Source of the DNA: an uncultured bacterium
Lineage (GTDB): Bacteria > UBA8481
NCBI GenBank assembly: GCA_964499705.1
Contig: CAZCME010000012.1
Span: 1 to 64,000 of the forward strand
DNA: 64,000 bases
Reading direction: 5' to 3'
This document shows, in pieces, positions 37,743 through 49,209 of this stretch. The notes beneath the pieces are model-generated. The model searched no databases, was not told the origin of the DNA, and was given only the letters and a program-made list of their open reading frames with translations. Each line of letters starts with the position of its first letter. Within the stretch, counting starts at the first letter, position 1. The translations under genes were made by a program, and so were the position numbers.

Positions 37743-38640
37743 ATGAATTCTCCTTCGTATCATGAATTGCACCTTTCGGTGTACCGCTGGCCGGCAACGT
37801 GCCGGGCCGCTCCAGCGAAGCATCCCGCCGATGGCGGGACGCCCCGCCCGGCGGGGTTCTTTCCCCGAAAGCGCGTTCTTCCAGGAAGGAAATCAATCTC
37901 CCGCGGAGATCGTCATACTGGGCGTGTTCGAGAACACCCTCGCGAGTACGCGGGCGAAGGAACGGAACGTCCATGATCTCGCCGACGCGCGCTTCCGGAC
38001 CTGAAGTCATCATGACGATCCGGTCGGAGAGATACAGCGCCTCATCAACATCGTGCGTGACGAGAAGCGCGGTGATCTTCTCCTCGCGCCAGAGCTCGAT
38101 GAGAACCTCCTGGAGCTCGAGGCGCGTGAGGGAGTCGAGCATGCCGAAAGGTTCATCCAGCAGCAGGAGGCGCGGAGAGAGAGCGAAGGCTCGCGCGATG
38201 CCGACACGCTGGCGCATGCCCTGGGATAATTCCGCCGGCTTCTTGTGAAGCGAAGCGCCCAGGCCGACGAGACGGAGATATTTTTCCGCTCTGGCGGTTC
38301 GGATTTCCGGGCGCGAGTCGGGCATCACCTGGTTGACACCGAGCATCACGTTGTCGAGAGCGGTCATCCAGGGCAGCAGGCTCGGCGCCTGGAAGACGAC
38401 ACCTCGGTCGGGACCCGGACCGGTGACGTCCTCCCCTGCCAGAACGATTCCGCCCTCGCTGATCTCCGACAGGCCCGCGACCATCGAAAGCACGGTCGAT
38501 TTTCCGCAACCGGAATGACCGATGACGGATACGAATTCCCCCTCCTCCATGAGAAGATTGAAATCGCGCACGATGACTGCCGGCCCTTTCGGCGTCGGAT
38601 AAACCTTTTCGAGCTTGTTGAGCTCCAGATACGGCTTCAC
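37729..38640 (-). CDS. Nitrate ABC transporter ATP-binding protein (NrtD/NasD-like)
   Basis: [32 protein letters not shown]. Confidence 0.92.
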   Translation of the reverse strand: MKPYLELNKLEKVYPTPKGPAVIVRDFNLLMEEGEFVSVIGHSGCGKSTVLSMVAGLSEISEGGIVLAGEDVTGPGPDRGVVFQAPSLLPWMTALDNVMLGVNQVMPDSRPEIRTARAEKYLRLVGLGASLHKKPAELSQGMRQRVGIARAFALSPRLLLLDEPFGMLDSLTRLELQEVLIELWREEKITALLVTHDVDEALYLSDRIVMMTSGPEARVGEIMDVPFLRPRTREGVLEHAQYDDLRGRLISFLEERAFGERTPPGGASRHRRDASLERPGTLPASGTPKGAIHDTKENSYAHA

Positions 38641-39470
38641 GCGGCGGTCCTTTTCTTGTCGGCGGCGATGGCGGCGGCCGATTCCATCCTCCGGCATTCC
38701 GGGCTCAGCAAGTACTGAGTGATCTTCATCTTGAGCCTCCTGAACGCCGGATCGCCGCTGATGCTCTTCCGATCACGCGGTCGGGGAAGATCTATGCGAA
38801 ATTCGGGCCCAAGCGAGGCGGCCGGGCCGGCCGTGAGGGGAATAATCCTGTCGGCCATCAGAATGGCCTCGTCGATGTCGTTTGTGATCAATACCGCGGT
38901 CCGACGATCCCTCTCCCAGATCCGCACGATCTCTTCCTGCAGAGTCGCCCGGGTCAAGGCATCGAGAGCGGAGAGCGGCTCGTCCATCAGGAGAATTCTC
39001 GGTTCCATCGCCAGCGTCCTGGCAAGCGCCACGCGCTGGCGCATGCCGCCGGAGAGTTGTCCGGGGCGCTTGTCGGCGGCCTCGGTCAGGTTGACCATCG
39101 CCATGTATTTCTCCGCGTGCTCGTTCCGCTCCGTCTCGGTCCATTCGGAATGCAGCGAATCCACAGCCAGCCGTATGTTCCTGCGGACGCAGAGCCATGG
39201 CAGGAGGCCGTAGTTCTGGAAGACCACGCCGCGGTCGGGACCGGGCTGTAACGCTTCCCTGCCGTCCAGGAGAACCACTCCGGCATCCGGCGTCGTGAGT
39301 CCCGACAAGAGTGAAATGAGCGTGGACTTGCCGCTTCCGGAGTAACCGATGACCGCGAGAAACTCGCCCTCTTCGATCTGAAGGTTGATGTCCGAAAGGA
39401 TCGACGTGTAGTCGCCGCGCTTCCTGTGTCTGAAACCCTTTTCGACGTGCTTCAATTCGAGGATCGCCAT
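38637..39470 (-). CDS. Nitrate ABC transporter ATP-binding protein (NrtC/D-like)
   Basis: [25 protein letters not shown]. Confidence 0.92.
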   Translation of the reverse strand: MAILELKHVEKGFRHRKRGDYTSILSDINLQIEEGEFLAVIGYSGSGKSTLISLLSGLTTPDAGVVLLDGREALQPGPDRGVVFQNYGLLPWLCVRRNIRLAVDSLHSEWTETERNEHAEKYMAMVNLTEAADKRPGQLSGGMRQRVALARTLAMEPRILLMDEPLSALDALTRATLQEEIVRIWERDRRTAVLITNDIDEAILMADRIIPLTAGPAASLGPEFRIDLPRPRDRKSISGDPAFRRLKMKITQYLLSPECRRMESAAAIAADKKRTAA

Positions 39471-39473
39471 GGA

Positions 39474-40250
39474 TTATTCCGCAGTGAGCCGCCGCTCGAC
39501 GAGGCTCATGAGCCGGTCGAGGGCGAAGCCGACAATCCCGATCGTGAGAATGCAGAGAATGATGTGCTCATAGATGAGACTGTTGTATTCCTGCCAGAGG
39601 AAGCCTCCGACGCCGGGAGCTCCGGTCAGCATCTCGGCCGCGACGATGACGAGCCACGCGATTCCGAGCGAGAGGCGGAAGCCGGTGAACATGTACGGCA
39701 TCGTCGCGGGGAGGAGGACTCGCGTCAGCATCGTCCATCTGGAGAGCTTGAGGACCCGGGCGACATTCAGATAATCCTGGGGGATGGAGCGGACACCGAC
39801 GGCGGTGTTCAGGACGGTCGGCCACATGGAGCAGATCGCGATGGTGAAGACGGCGGCCGGTTGCGATTGTTTGAAGAGAACGAGGCCGAGCGGCAGCCAC
39901 GCGAGCGGCGAGACGGGCCGGAGGATCTGGATGATCGGATCGAAGGCGCGCGTGAATGTTCTGGAGACGCCGAGGAAGAGGCCGATCGGCGTGCCGAACA
40001 GAAGAGCCAGGCTGTAACCCTTGGCGACGAGAACGAGCGAGTACCAGGTGAAGCGGAGGATGCCCTGATCCAGCTCTCCTCTTTTCGCGAACGGCTCCAT
40101 GATGTAATCGCGGCTCGACGCCCACGTCTTCGTCGGCGACGGAAGCTGCGAATCGGGAAGGTGACTCACCAGCGCCCAGATCATGACCATCACCGCGATG
40201 CCCGCCATCGGCATCCAATACTCCGCGTAATTCCTTCTTCCCATGGTCAT
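39474..40250 (-). CDS. Nitrate ABC transporter permease (NrtB/NasE-like)
   Basis: DPIIQILRPVSPLAWLP...GIAWLVIVAAEML. Start uncertain (40244-40301). Confidence 0.92.
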   Translation of the reverse strand: MTMGRRNYAEYWMPMAGIAVMVMIWALVSHLPDSQLPSPTKTWASSRDYIMEPFAKRGELDQGILRFTWYSLVLVAKGYSLALLFGTPIGLFLGVSRTFTRAFDPIIQILRPVSPLAWLPLGLVLFKQSQPAAVFTIAICSMWPTVLNTAVGVRSIPQDYLNVARVLKLSRWTMLTRVLLPATMPYMFTGFRLSLGIAWLVIVAAEMLTGAPGVGGFLWQEYNSLIYEHIILCILTIGIVGFALDRLMSLVERRLTAE

Positions 40251-40305
40251 CGCTCCTCTTCTCATACTGATATGCCTCACTGGTATCCGCAGCAGGCTCA
40301 TGGCG

Positions 40306-41628
40306 TCAGCCCTTTCTGCTGTGCACGGCAAATGCGGCCGCGTATTCCTCCGGTTTCGCCGGATCGAAGTTCACCCCGTCGAAGAGCGCGAAACCACTGT
40401 CGTCGCGTCCTCCGTGCTGAACGCCGATCTCCTTCATGGCCTCCTCGTAGATGTCGGGGCGCATGACGGACTTCGCGACGCCCTCGTAATCGGGCGCGCC
40501 CTCGACCATGCCCCAGCGGCGGAACTGCGTGAGCCACCACGTGGCGTACTTCGGCTGCGGATAATTGCAATTCCGGTCGGAGAACTTCATGCAGTACTCG
40601 GGATCGGATTTCGTCCGGCCGTCTCCGTAATCGATCTCGCCCTTCATGCGGCCCAGGATGATCTCCGCGGGACAATTGATGTAGGTCGGCTTGGAGACGA
40701 TCTCGCAACCTTCGGGGCGATTCGTCATCGTGTCGAGCCAGACGCTCGCTTCATGCAGGCCCTTCAGGACCGCCCTGACCGTCTTCGGATTCTTCTCCGC
40801 AAACTCGGCGGTGAAAGCGCAGACCTTCTCGGGATGATCCTTCCACATGTCCTGCGTCGTGACGGACGTGAAGCCGATGCCATCGGCGATCGCGCGGGCG
40901 TTCCACGGCTCGCCGACGCAGAAACCGTCCATCTTGTCGATGTTCATGTTGGAGACCATCTGCGGAGGCGGGATCGTGATGAGGGAAATATCCTTGTCCG
41001 GATTGATGCCGCCGGCGCCGAGGTAATAACGCATCCACATCGCGTGCGTTCCCGGCGGAAATGTCATCGCGAATGTCAGGGGCGCGCCTTTGGCCCTGGC
41101 CGCGTCCGCGAACGGCTTGAGCGCCTTCGGATCGTCGACCACTTTCCCCTTGAAATCCTTCTTGAGCGTGATGGCCTGGCCATTGCGGTTCAAGAGCCAT
41201 GGAATGATCATGGGTTTCTTCGGCGAACCCAGGAGACCCATCGTCGAGGCGATCGGCATTCCGAGAAGCATGTGCGTGGCGTGGATATCGCCGTTGGAAA
41301 GCGAATCGCGGATCGCGGCCCAGCTGGCGCCTTTGACGATCGTGGAATTGATCCCGTATTTTTTGAAGAAGCCCTTTTCATGCGCGATGATGATGGGCGA
41401 AGAGTCGGTCAGAGCGATCATGCCGAAGCGGAGATCGGGCGTTTCGAGATCCGACTTGGGGCCCGATGAAGGGGCGGGAGCCGGCGCCGAGCCTCCGCAG
41501 GCCTGCAATCCGCCCAACGCGGCGCCTGCCGCGAAGGCGCCCGCGCCCATGACCGCTCCGCTCAGGAATTTCCGGCGGCTCAACCCGTCCGACTCCGACG
41601 ACGTCTTCTTCTTCGCATGATCTTTCAT
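40306..41628 (-). CDS. CmpA/NrtA family substrate-binding protein with Tat signal
   Basis: SRRKFL twin-arginine signal; GMIALTD; FAMTFPPGTH; IPPPQMV; GFCVGEPWN; HPEK. Confidence 0.93.
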   Translation of the reverse strand: MKDHAKKKTSSESDGLSRRKFLSGAVMGAGAFAAGAALGGLQACGGSAPAPAPSSGPKSDLETPDLRFGMIALTDSSPIIIAHEKGFFKKYGINSTIVKGASWAAIRDSLSNGDIHATHMLLGMPIASTMGLLGSPKKPMIIPWLLNRNGQAITLKKDFKGKVVDDPKALKPFADAARAKGAPLTFAMTFPPGTHAMWMRYYLGAGGINPDKDISLITIPPPQMVSNMNIDKMDGFCVGEPWNARAIADGIGFTSVTTQDMWKDHPEKVCAFTAEFAEKNPKTVRAVLKGLHEASVWLDTMTNRPEGCEIVSKPTYINCPAEIILGRMKGEIDYGDGRTKSDPEYCMKFSDRNCNYPQPKYATWWLTQFRRWGMVEGAPDYEGVAKSVMRPDIYEEAMKEIGVQHGGRDDSGFALFDGVNFDPAKPEEYAAAFAVHSRKG

Positions 41629-41684
41629 GATTCCCAATCCTCCTTCGATCAAATTCAATATGACTTGATGACACCCATGACGAA

Positions 41685-41700
41685 AGCAAGAGCCATGCCT
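41685..41700 (-). promoter_or_regulatory. Sigma54 promoter of the nitrate ABC operon
   Basis: Minus strand AGGCATGGCTCTTGCT (GG-N10-GC). Confidence 0.72.
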
Positions 41701-41804
41701 GAATAGAATTTCTTGAGTTAGGGATGCGTGGCCAATAAGGTAATGGAATGCGGGATAAAATTGATCGATGCATTCAATTATTTATACGCGCCGATGAAAA
41801 TTCC

Positions 41805-44800
41805 ATGGGACGCAGGACGCGCCGCATCGTCGGCATCCTGCTTTTCGGAGCGCTCGCCGCCGTCGCGCAACTCGATCTGACACCGAAGAAAATTCTTGTC
41901 GCGGACTTTGGACCGGTGGGACAGATTCGCGACCTCGCGCAGGCTCGAACGATTCACGTCACATTCGACCAGGAGATCGTGCCCATCGAATTGCCCTCGC
42001 CGACGACGGAGGGACCGCTCGAAATCACGCCGCGCGTCAAAGGAAAATTCCGCTGGTCCGGATCGCGCACGCTCACCTTCGTCGCCGATACCATGCTACC
42101 CGCGGCCACATCCTTCCGGATTCGCGTTCCCAGGGGTCTTCGCGCGCTGGAAGGCGCCATGCTCGACACCGACTTCATCTTTCATTTCGAAACACCTCGC
42201 CCGACGGTCACTTCCGTCTTCGCCGGACAGGATGCTCAGGATATGACATCGACGCAGGAGATCTTCGTCCTCTTCAACAACGCGATCGACGTCAAGCGGA
42301 TCGCACCAGCGATCCGGGTGCGCGGCCACGACATCTCCGTGCGCGCCGCAAATCCCGACGACGGCCGCATCCGCGGATGGCAATCCGGGCTCGATCACAT
42401 CGTCGTCATCTCCCCGAAAAGCGGATGGGCTGAAAACGCGCCGCTCGAACTCATCATCGACACGGGCGCGCGAGGCGCCGTCGGTTCGCTCGGCCTCCGC
42501 GCCGCATACATCTGGCGCGGAAAAACAGCGGGCCCCCTGAGCGTCCTCCGGCTCGCGCAACCCCGGGACCTTCCGGACCGGCCTTCAGAAGGCCATCCGC
42601 TCGATCAGCTTCACCTCGTTTTCTCCTCGCGCGTGGAGATGTCGGAATTGATGAAGCATCTCGTTCTTGATCCCAGGGTTAATTTCCCGGAGGAACTCCG
42701 CGAGGACAACACCATCGCGCGCGAGCACAGCATCCCGGTCGAATTGAAGCCCGGAACCGTCTACACTCTGACGATCGGCGAAAATCTGGCGAGCATTCAC
42801 GGCGCGCTGCTGGGCACGCAGAAGGTGATTCGCTTCCGCACCCGGAATCTTCCGTCGCGCATCTCGATGCTGAGCGGCCACGCGACGCTCGACATCGCGG
42901 ACACGCGTTCCATCCGCGCCTGGTTCACCAATGTCGACTCGACACCTTTCCGTATCGCGCGCGTCTCCGTGGATGAATTTCTCGGCGTGAAAACTTTTTC
43001 CTGGCAGGTGGATACACTTCTTAAGATCGGCGGGGAGACAAACATCCGCGCCGCGCGCGTACTGCCGCTCCGGAAGGTCATCCCCGCGCACACGCAAGGG
43101 TTTGTACGTGTCCGCGTCGGAGCCGGCGAACAGGAACGCGATCTGTTTCTCCAGATCACCGGCCTCGGCGTCACCGGAAAATTCTCGCCCGACTCCACCC
43201 AGATCTTCGTCACCCGCTTGAAGGGCGCAATCCCGCTTCGAAACGCCGCCGTAACTCTCGTCGACAGCAACGGAAATATTCTCTGGCGCGGCGCGACCGA
43301 CGCGACCGGAATCGCCCGGGCGCCGGGATGGAATACGCTGCTGATCGACAGCGCGCTCGCGGGCTTGAACCCGTGGGAAGCTCCTCAGATCCGCGTGATC
43401 GTCTCCACCGGCGATGACACCGCCGTGCTCTCTTCGGAATGGTCGGAGGGAATCGAGCCGTGGCGGTTTTCCATCTGGCACGAGGGAGGCGGCAACGCCC
43501 GCGAACTGCGCGGCACGATCTTTTCCGACCGGGGAATCTATCGCCCCGGAGAGCTCGTCCGGATCAAGGGCGTGCTCCGCATCGCGGCGCCGGACGGCCT
43601 TCCGCCGCCGCCGGCGACGAAAGCGGCGGTGCGCATCGCATCGCCGTCCTACGAGGATATTTTCTTCGGAACATGCGAGCTCACGAAGCGGGGCGGGTTC
43701 GATCTGCAGTTTCGCGTCCCGGCGTCCGCGCCGCTCGGCGTCTTCACCATAACCGCGGCGGCGGGCGATACACTTCCCGAGGAAGATTGGGAGATACCGC
43801 GCATCGAAGGCTCGTTCCGCGTGGCGGAATATCGGCCGACGCGCATCAAGACGACGGTTACGCTCCCCGCGAAACCCGGGAGCATGGGCCGTCCGCTCGA
43901 CGTTAAAGTGAGCGGACGCTCTCTTGTCGGAACTCCTCTCTCGCATCGCCCCGTTCACATCACTGTGGAAATGCATCCCCGTCCGCCAACACCCGCCGGA
44001 TATCCGGATTACTCCTTCACGCCTGACCGGCGTTCGCTCTACGAACCCGCGGAGGATCCTCCTGACGGGGAGGAGGCGGACGGCCGCGAATTTCTACTCG
44101 ACGCCGATTTCAAACTCGATGCGGAAGGATTCTTCGCCACAAGCGTGACACCGCCTCATAAATCGAGAGGCGTTTCTCTCACCGACGCTCAGCTCACGGT
44201 GGAAGCGACGGTGGAGGAGCTTTCTCACCAGACATCATCGGGACGCAGCTCCATGGACGTGGAGCGAGGGCGATACATGGTCGGAGTGAAAGCCGACGAT
44301 TACTTCGGCCCGGCGGGGAAACCGATGACCTTCCGCGCCATCGTCCTGAATCGCGAGGAAAAAGCCGTCTCCGGGCGGAGCATCAGGATCCGGATGATCC
44401 GTCGAACCTGGGTGAGTCAACTCCGCAACACCGACGCCGGGCCCGAGTGGGTCTCCCGGTCCGTCGATAAGATCGTTTCGACGCGCACGCTCCGTTCCGG
44501 CTCGACCGCGACGAAATGGACATTCACGCCGCGCGAAGCGGGCTACTACATCGCCGTCGCGACCGTAACGGACGAGCGCAAACGCGCGATGCAGGCCTCC
44601 TTCGATATGTACGTGCATGGAGGCGGAGCGTCCTGGTGGCAGTCGAACGACGATCGCGTCGATCTTATTCCAGACAAGAAATCCTACAAACCCGGCGACG
44701 TCGCGCGCATCATCGTCCGTTCTCCGTTCGCCAGGGCCCGCGCATGGATCACCACCGAGCGCGAAGGCGTCATCGGCGGGCGCGTGACGACGCTCGAGGG

Positions 44801-47342
44801 AAACACTCCCGTCATCGAGGTTCGCCTCGGCGTAAACGATCTTCCGAACGTCTACATCGGCGTCGTCCTGATTAACGCGTCATCCTCTCGGGACGCTCAT
44901 GAGATCGGCCGCTCGCCCGTGCGACTCGGCCTCATCAATCTTCCCGTCGAGCCTTCCGGAAAGCGGCTGTCGATCGGCGCGACGACCGACAAATCCGAAT
45001 ACCGCCCCGGCGAAACCGTGACGCTCACCATTCATGCGGAAGATCATGGAGAAATCACCGTCGCCGTCGTCGATGAGGGCGTCGTCTCGCTTATCAATTA
45101 CCGCTTCCCCGACCCGATGGACCGGATGTACGGCCACCGCGCGCACCATGTCACGACCGCGGATCTGCGAACGCATCTGCTCGGCGGCCGCAATCTCGGT
45201 GAGAAGGGCGAGGAGCCATCAGCCGACGGCGGCGGCCGAAGTCGCAGCGACAACTGGACCCGGAAGCATTTCGATCCGACCGCCGCCTGGTTTCCCGCCG
45301 TCGAGCTCGACGCGAGCGGCAAAGCCGTTCTCCACTTCACGCTCCCCGATGCGCTGACAACCTTTCGCGTCCTTGTCTTCGCCAACGGCGAGAACGATCG
45401 TTTCGGCGTCGAGGGCTCGACCACGTTCATCGTGAAGCGCCCCATCATTCTCGAGCCGATGCTCCCGCGGTTCGTTCGCCCCGGCGACACGTTCACCGCG
45501 GGAGTTCTTGTGCGGAATCTCTCCGGAGTCGACGGCGACATCGGGGTCGATATCGAGAGCCCGATGGAATCTCATCGCACCGTCAGACTCGCCGCCGACG
45601 CCGACACGGTCGTCCAGTGGCAATTCCGCGCGCCCGGCTCGGGCGAGTTGCTCTTCCGCTGGAAAGCTCGCCTGGGAGATCGGGTGCCCGGACCTTCCGA
45701 GGCGGCCGACGCCGTTGAAATCAGCATTCCCATCATTCCGCCGCGCGTCGAGGATGTCGCGGCCGCATCCGGAAGCGTCGTCGATTCCGAGGTTCTCGAG
45801 ACGATTCGGATCGGCGCCGATATCGAGCGCGATCATGGGGGCTTGAATGTGGAAGTATCAACGTCCGCCCTCGTGCGGCTCGCGGGCGCCACGGAATATC
45901 TCTTCACCTATCCGTATGGATGCCTGGAGCAGCGCACTTCCGCGGTCACGCCGATGATCGAATTTGGCGACGTGGCCGCGGAACTCGGTCTCGTCGAGGG
46001 ATCGGTGCGCGATGTCGTCCGGAAATATCTCGATGAGCTCGAAACATTTCGCGCGAGGGACGGAGGTTTTGGATTCTGGCCGGGCAGCGGCGGACAAGGC
46101 AACCCATGGCTCACGGCTCTTGTCATCAAAACGATGGTGCGCGCAAGGCAGCAGGGGTACGCCGTCGATGCGCGGCTCCTCGATCGCGCCACCACATTCA
46201 TGAAAACCTGCCTCGCGAAGGAGGAGGAGAAAATCCTTCTCGAGGAGGCGTCCTGTCTCGAAGCGCTGGCGGAAGCCGGACTGGTCGAGCCGGGTATGCT
46301 GGAGCCCGTCTTTGCGCGACGCGACGATCTTTCCGTGGCCGGAGCAGCCGCTCTGTACCGGGCAGCATTGCTCTCGAAAGCCGACGCCTCGATCACCGAC
46401 GAGCTCCGCCGGATTCTTTCCAATGCCATGCGGATCGCGCCCGCGTCCGCTCACTTCGAGAACGACCTTGGCGCCGGCAATCGTTATTGCCAGTCCGACG
46501 TCACCGCGACGGCCGCCGCGCTCGAGGCGTTCCTCGATGCGCCTGAACCGTTCCTGCACGCGGAAAAAGTCGTGAAGTGGCTGGCGATGATGCGGAAGAA
46601 CGGCCGATGGCGGACGACGCGCGAGAACGGCGCGGTCGCCGCGGCGCTTGGAAAGTACTACCGCCGCTTCGAATCCCAGGAGCCGAACCTGTCCGCCCGC
46701 GTCACGATGGCCGGGCATCCTGGTCAATCCGTCCGCACGCTCATCGAACGGTCATTTCGCGGCCGCTCCACCGATGTCGCCGACGCGCGCGTCGCGATGC
46801 CGGATCTTGCAACCGGCGATAATTCCCTCCGCATCGCGGCATCGGGAGCCGGCCGCCTGTACTTCGAAGCCCGACTCTCAGGCCGGCGCGCGCCCGGGCG
46901 CGCGGCAGGCCTGCCCGGGATCGATGCGGGCTTTGCCGTGGAGCGAACACTCGAGACGCTCGATGGCGCGCCCGTCGATCCCGAGAATCTGGAGGCTTCC
47001 AGGATTTATCGCGTCCGTATCGCGATCACGACGAACGAGAACCGCCACTTCGTCGTGCTCGATTCGCCACTTCCCGCGGGACTGGAGCCGATCGACCTGT
47101 CCCTGGATACGGAACGCTCGCTGCGGGAAGCCGCGGAGTGGACGGGCTTCAACCGCAAGGAACTTCGCGACGACCGGCTCCTCTGGTTCGCGGACGATCT
47201 CGGAAAAGGCCGGCATGTCCTGACCGCTCTCGTGCGCTCCACCGCGGCCGGAACTTTCGAATGGCCTGCGACCCGCGCAGAGCAGATGTATGAACCCGAA
47301 GTGTACGGACGCAATGAAACGGCGCGCGCTCAAATCCGCTAA
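41805..47342 (+). CDS. Bacterial alpha-2-macroglobulin
   Basis: SDRGIYRPGE MG2 motif; FTLPDALTTFR; thioester YPYGCLEQ; C-terminal AEQMYEPEVYGR. Confidence 0.95.
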   Translation: MGRRTRRIVGILLFGALAAVAQLDLTPKKILVADFGPVGQIRDLAQARTIHVTFDQEIVPIELPSPTTEGPLEITPRVKGKFRWSGSRTLTFVADTMLPAATSFRIRVPRGLRALEGAMLDTDFIFHFETPRPTVTSVFAGQDAQDMTSTQEIFVLFNNAIDVKRIAPAIRVRGHDISVRAANPDDGRIRGWQSGLDHIVVISPKSGWAENAPLELIIDTGARGAVGSLGLRAAYIWRGKTAGPLSVLRLAQPRDLPDRPSEGHPLDQLHLVFSSRVEMSELMKHLVLDPRVNFPEELREDNTIAREHSIPVELKPGTVYTLTIGENLASIHGALLGTQKVIRFRTRNLPSRISMLSGHATLDIADTRSIRAWFTNVDSTPFRIARVSVDEFLGVKTFSWQVDTLLKIGGETNIRAARVLPLRKVIPAHTQGFVRVRVGAGEQERDLFLQITGLGVTGKFSPDSTQIFVTRLKGAIPLRNAAVTLVDSNGNILWRGATDATGIARAPGWNTLLIDSALAGLNPWEAPQIRVIVSTGDDTAVLSSEWSEGIEPWRFSIWHEGGGNARELRGTIFSDRGIYRPGELVRIKGVLRIAAPDGLPPPPATKAAVRIASPSYEDIFFGTCELTKRGGFDLQFRVPASAPLGVFTITAAAGDTLPEEDWEIPRIEGSFRVAEYRPTRIKTTVTLPAKPGSMGRPLDVKVSGRSLVGTPLSHRPVHITVEMHPRPPTPAGYPDYSFTPDRRSLYEPAEDPPDGEEADGREFLLDADFKLDAEGFFATSVTPPHKSRGVSLTDAQLTVEATVEELSHQTSSGRSSMDVERGRYMVGVKADDYFGPAGKPMTFRAIVLNREEKAVSGRSIRIRMIRRTWVSQLRNTDAGPEWVSRSVDKIVSTRTLRSGSTATKWTFTPREAGYYIAVATVTDERKRAMQASFDMYVHGGGASWWQSNDDRVDLIPDKKSYKPGDVARIIVRSPFARARAWITTEREGVIGGRVTTLEGNTPVIEVRLGVNDLPNVYIGVVLINASSSRDAHEIGRSPVRLGLINLPVEPSGKRLSIGATTDKSEYRPGETVTLTIHAEDHGEITVAVVDEGVVSLINYRFPDPMDRMYGHRAHHVTTADLRTHLLGGRNLGEKGEEPSADGGGRSRSDNWTRKHFDPTAAWFPAVELDASGKAVLHFTLPDALTTFRVLVFANGENDRFGVEGSTTFIVKRPIILEPMLPRFVRPGDTFTAGVLVRNLSGVDGDIGVDIESPMESHRTVRLAADADTVVQWQFRAPGSGELLFRWKARLGDRVPGPSEAADAVEISIPIIPPRVEDVAAASGSVVDSEVLETIRIGADIERDHGGLNVEVSTSALVRLAGATEYLFTYPYGCLEQRTSAVTPMIEFGDVAAELGLVEGSVRDVVRKYLDELETFRARDGGFGFWPGSGGQGNPWLTALVIKTMVRARQQGYAVDARLLDRATTFMKTCLAKEEEKILLEEASCLEALAEAGLVEPGMLEPVFARRDDLSVAGAAALYRAALLSKADASITDELRRILSNAMRIAPASAHFENDLGAGNRYCQSDVTATAAALEAFLDAPEPFLHAEKVVKWLAMMRKNGRWRTTRENGAVAAALGKYYRRFESQEPNLSARVTMAGHPGQSVRTLIERSFRGRSTDVADARVAMPDLATGDNSLRIAASGAGRLYFEARLSGRRAPGRAAGLPGIDAGFAVERTLETLDGAPVDPENLEASRIYRVRIAITTNENRHFVVLDSPLPAGLEPIDLSLDTERSLREAAEWTGFNRKELRDDRLLWFADDLGKGRHVLTALVRSTAAGTFEWPATRAEQMYEPEVYGRNETARAQIR

Positions 47343-49209
47343 AAAATTCCTTATCGCGCTTCTGGCAGGATTGGCGGGACTATCACTTTTTCCTTATCCC
47401 GAACTCAACGCCCCATCGAGCCCCGTCTTCCTGGATCGAAACGGCCGGAGTCTGCGCGTCGTTCCACTCGCCGACGGCCGACAGCGCCGGTGCGAACTCG
47501 AAGACGCGGGGTGGGCGGCGCAGGCGGCGGTCGCGGCGGAGGACCAGCGGTTCTGGTATCACCCCGGCGTCGATCCCCTCGCGATCGCCCGCGCCGTCCT
47601 CCAGAACATCCGCGGCGGAAAAATCAAGAGCGGAGGCTCCACCATCACCCAGCAGCTCGCCCGCGGCCTCGATCCCGCGCTTCGCGCGCAAGGCCCCTGG
47701 CCTGGAAAACTTCGCGAATCGTGGGACGCCGCGCGGCTGGAATGGAGGTACTCAAAGTCGGAAATCCTCGAGCATTATCTCAATCATGTCTCCTTCGGAA
47801 ACCGCGCCATCGGAATCCGCGCCGCCGCGGAGCTTTATTTCGCCCGCGCCCCTGCCGACCTGTCCCTGTCGCAGTCGGCCTATCTCGTCGGTCTCGTCCA
47901 GGCGCCGACCGCGCTCTCCCCTTTTCGCAATCCGCAAGGCGCCCTTGCGCGCCGCAATGTCATACTCGCCCGCATGCTCGCGGAAGAGATGATCAGCGTC
48001 GATGAGCATCGACGCGCGCGCGACGAAACAATGACTCTCGCCCCGCGACGCGTTCTCTTTGAAGCCCCGCATCTGCTCGCGCAAATCCAGGGGGGCATGT
48101 TTCGCTCTTCCGATTCCGTGATCCGCACAACGATCGACCTCACGCTCCAGCGCGAAATCGAAGGTCTCGTCCGCGCGCATCTTGACCGGCTTGCCGGGAA
48201 GAACGCGACGCAGGCCGCCGCGCTCGTTCTCGATGTAAAATCCGGAGAAGTCCTCGCCTGGGTCGGCTCGCGAAACTTCGAGGAATCCGAAGTCGACGGA
48301 GTGACGGCTCTCAGGCAGCCCGGCTCCGCGCTGAAGCCCTTCACGTATGCGCTCGCCCTCGAATCCGGCCGCTCCCCATCGGACCTCATCAACGACGCTC
48401 CGCTCACCGAATCGCCCGATGGATTTTCCCCAGCCAACTTTGACGGAACTTACCACGGAGCCATTCGCATGCGGCAGGCGCTCGCCTGCTCGTATAACAT
48501 TCCCGCCGCGCGCGTGCTCCGCGACGTCGTCGGCGTCGAACGCCTGTTGGAATTTCTCCGCGCTCTCGGGATGACAAGCCTCGACCGCGATGCCGCCCAC
48601 TACGGAATCGCTCTCACTCTCGGCGCCGGAGAAGTCCGCCTCCTCGATCTCGCCTGCGCGTATGCGACGCTCGCTTCCGGCGGCACGCGGGTCGAACCAC
48701 GCGTGATTCTCGACGCTCGCCGCCGCAATCCGGCGCGCCTGCTCTCGGAGGAAGCCGCCGCCATTCTCACCTCGATTCTCTCCGATGATCTCGCGCGCGC
48801 TCCCGCTTTCGGTTCGGGTCCCCCGCTTGCATTCCCCTTTCCCGTCGCCGTGAAAACCGGCACCTCGAAGGATTGCCGCGACAACTGGACCATCGGTTAT
48901 ACGCCCCGGCATGTCGTCGCGATCTGGGTCGGAAATTTCGACGGCTCCCCGATGATCGATCTCTCCGGAGCCACAGGCGCGGCTCCGCTCTTCGCCGACA
49001 TCATGTCCCGCGTCGGGCGCGACGACGGCGAATTTTCCATCCCGAGTTCCTTCGCGAAAATGGAAATCTGTTCCAGAACCGGCAAGCTCGCCGCTCCGGG
49101 CTGTCCCGGACGCGTCACGGAACTATTTCAGGCTCATCAGGATCCACCGCTCTGCGATGGAGATCATCAGCATGCCGCTCCCGCCGCATCCGTTTTCCGG
49201 CGGTTATGA
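47314..49209 (+). CDS. pbpC: Penicillin-binding protein 1C
   Basis: [18 protein letters not shown] glycosyltransferase motifs; SALK, SYN, KTG transpeptidase motifs; follows the A2M gene. Confidence 0.92.
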   Translation: MKRRALKSAKKFLIALLAGLAGLSLFPYPELNAPSSPVFLDRNGRSLRVVPLADGRQRRCELEDAGWAAQAAVAAEDQRFWYHPGVDPLAIARAVLQNIRGGKIKSGGSTITQQLARGLDPALRAQGPWPGKLRESWDAARLEWRYSKSEILEHYLNHVSFGNRAIGIRAAAELYFARAPADLSLSQSAYLVGLVQAPTALSPFRNPQGALARRNVILARMLAEEMISVDEHRRARDETMTLAPRRVLFEAPHLLAQIQGGMFRSSDSVIRTTIDLTLQREIEGLVRAHLDRLAGKNATQAAALVLDVKSGEVLAWVGSRNFEESEVDGVTALRQPGSALKPFTYALALESGRSPSDLINDAPLTESPDGFSPANFDGTYHGAIRMRQALACSYNIPAARVLRDVVGVERLLEFLRALGMTSLDRDAAHYGIALTLGAGEVRLLDLACAYATLASGGTRVEPRVILDARRRNPARLLSEEAAAILTSILSDDLARAPAFGSGPPLAFPFPVAVKTGTSKDCRDNWTIGYTPRHVVAIWVGNFDGSPMIDLSGATGAAPLFADIMSRVGRDDGEFSIPSSFAKMEICSRTGKLAAPGCPGRVTELFQAHQDPPLCDGDHQHAAPAASVFRRL

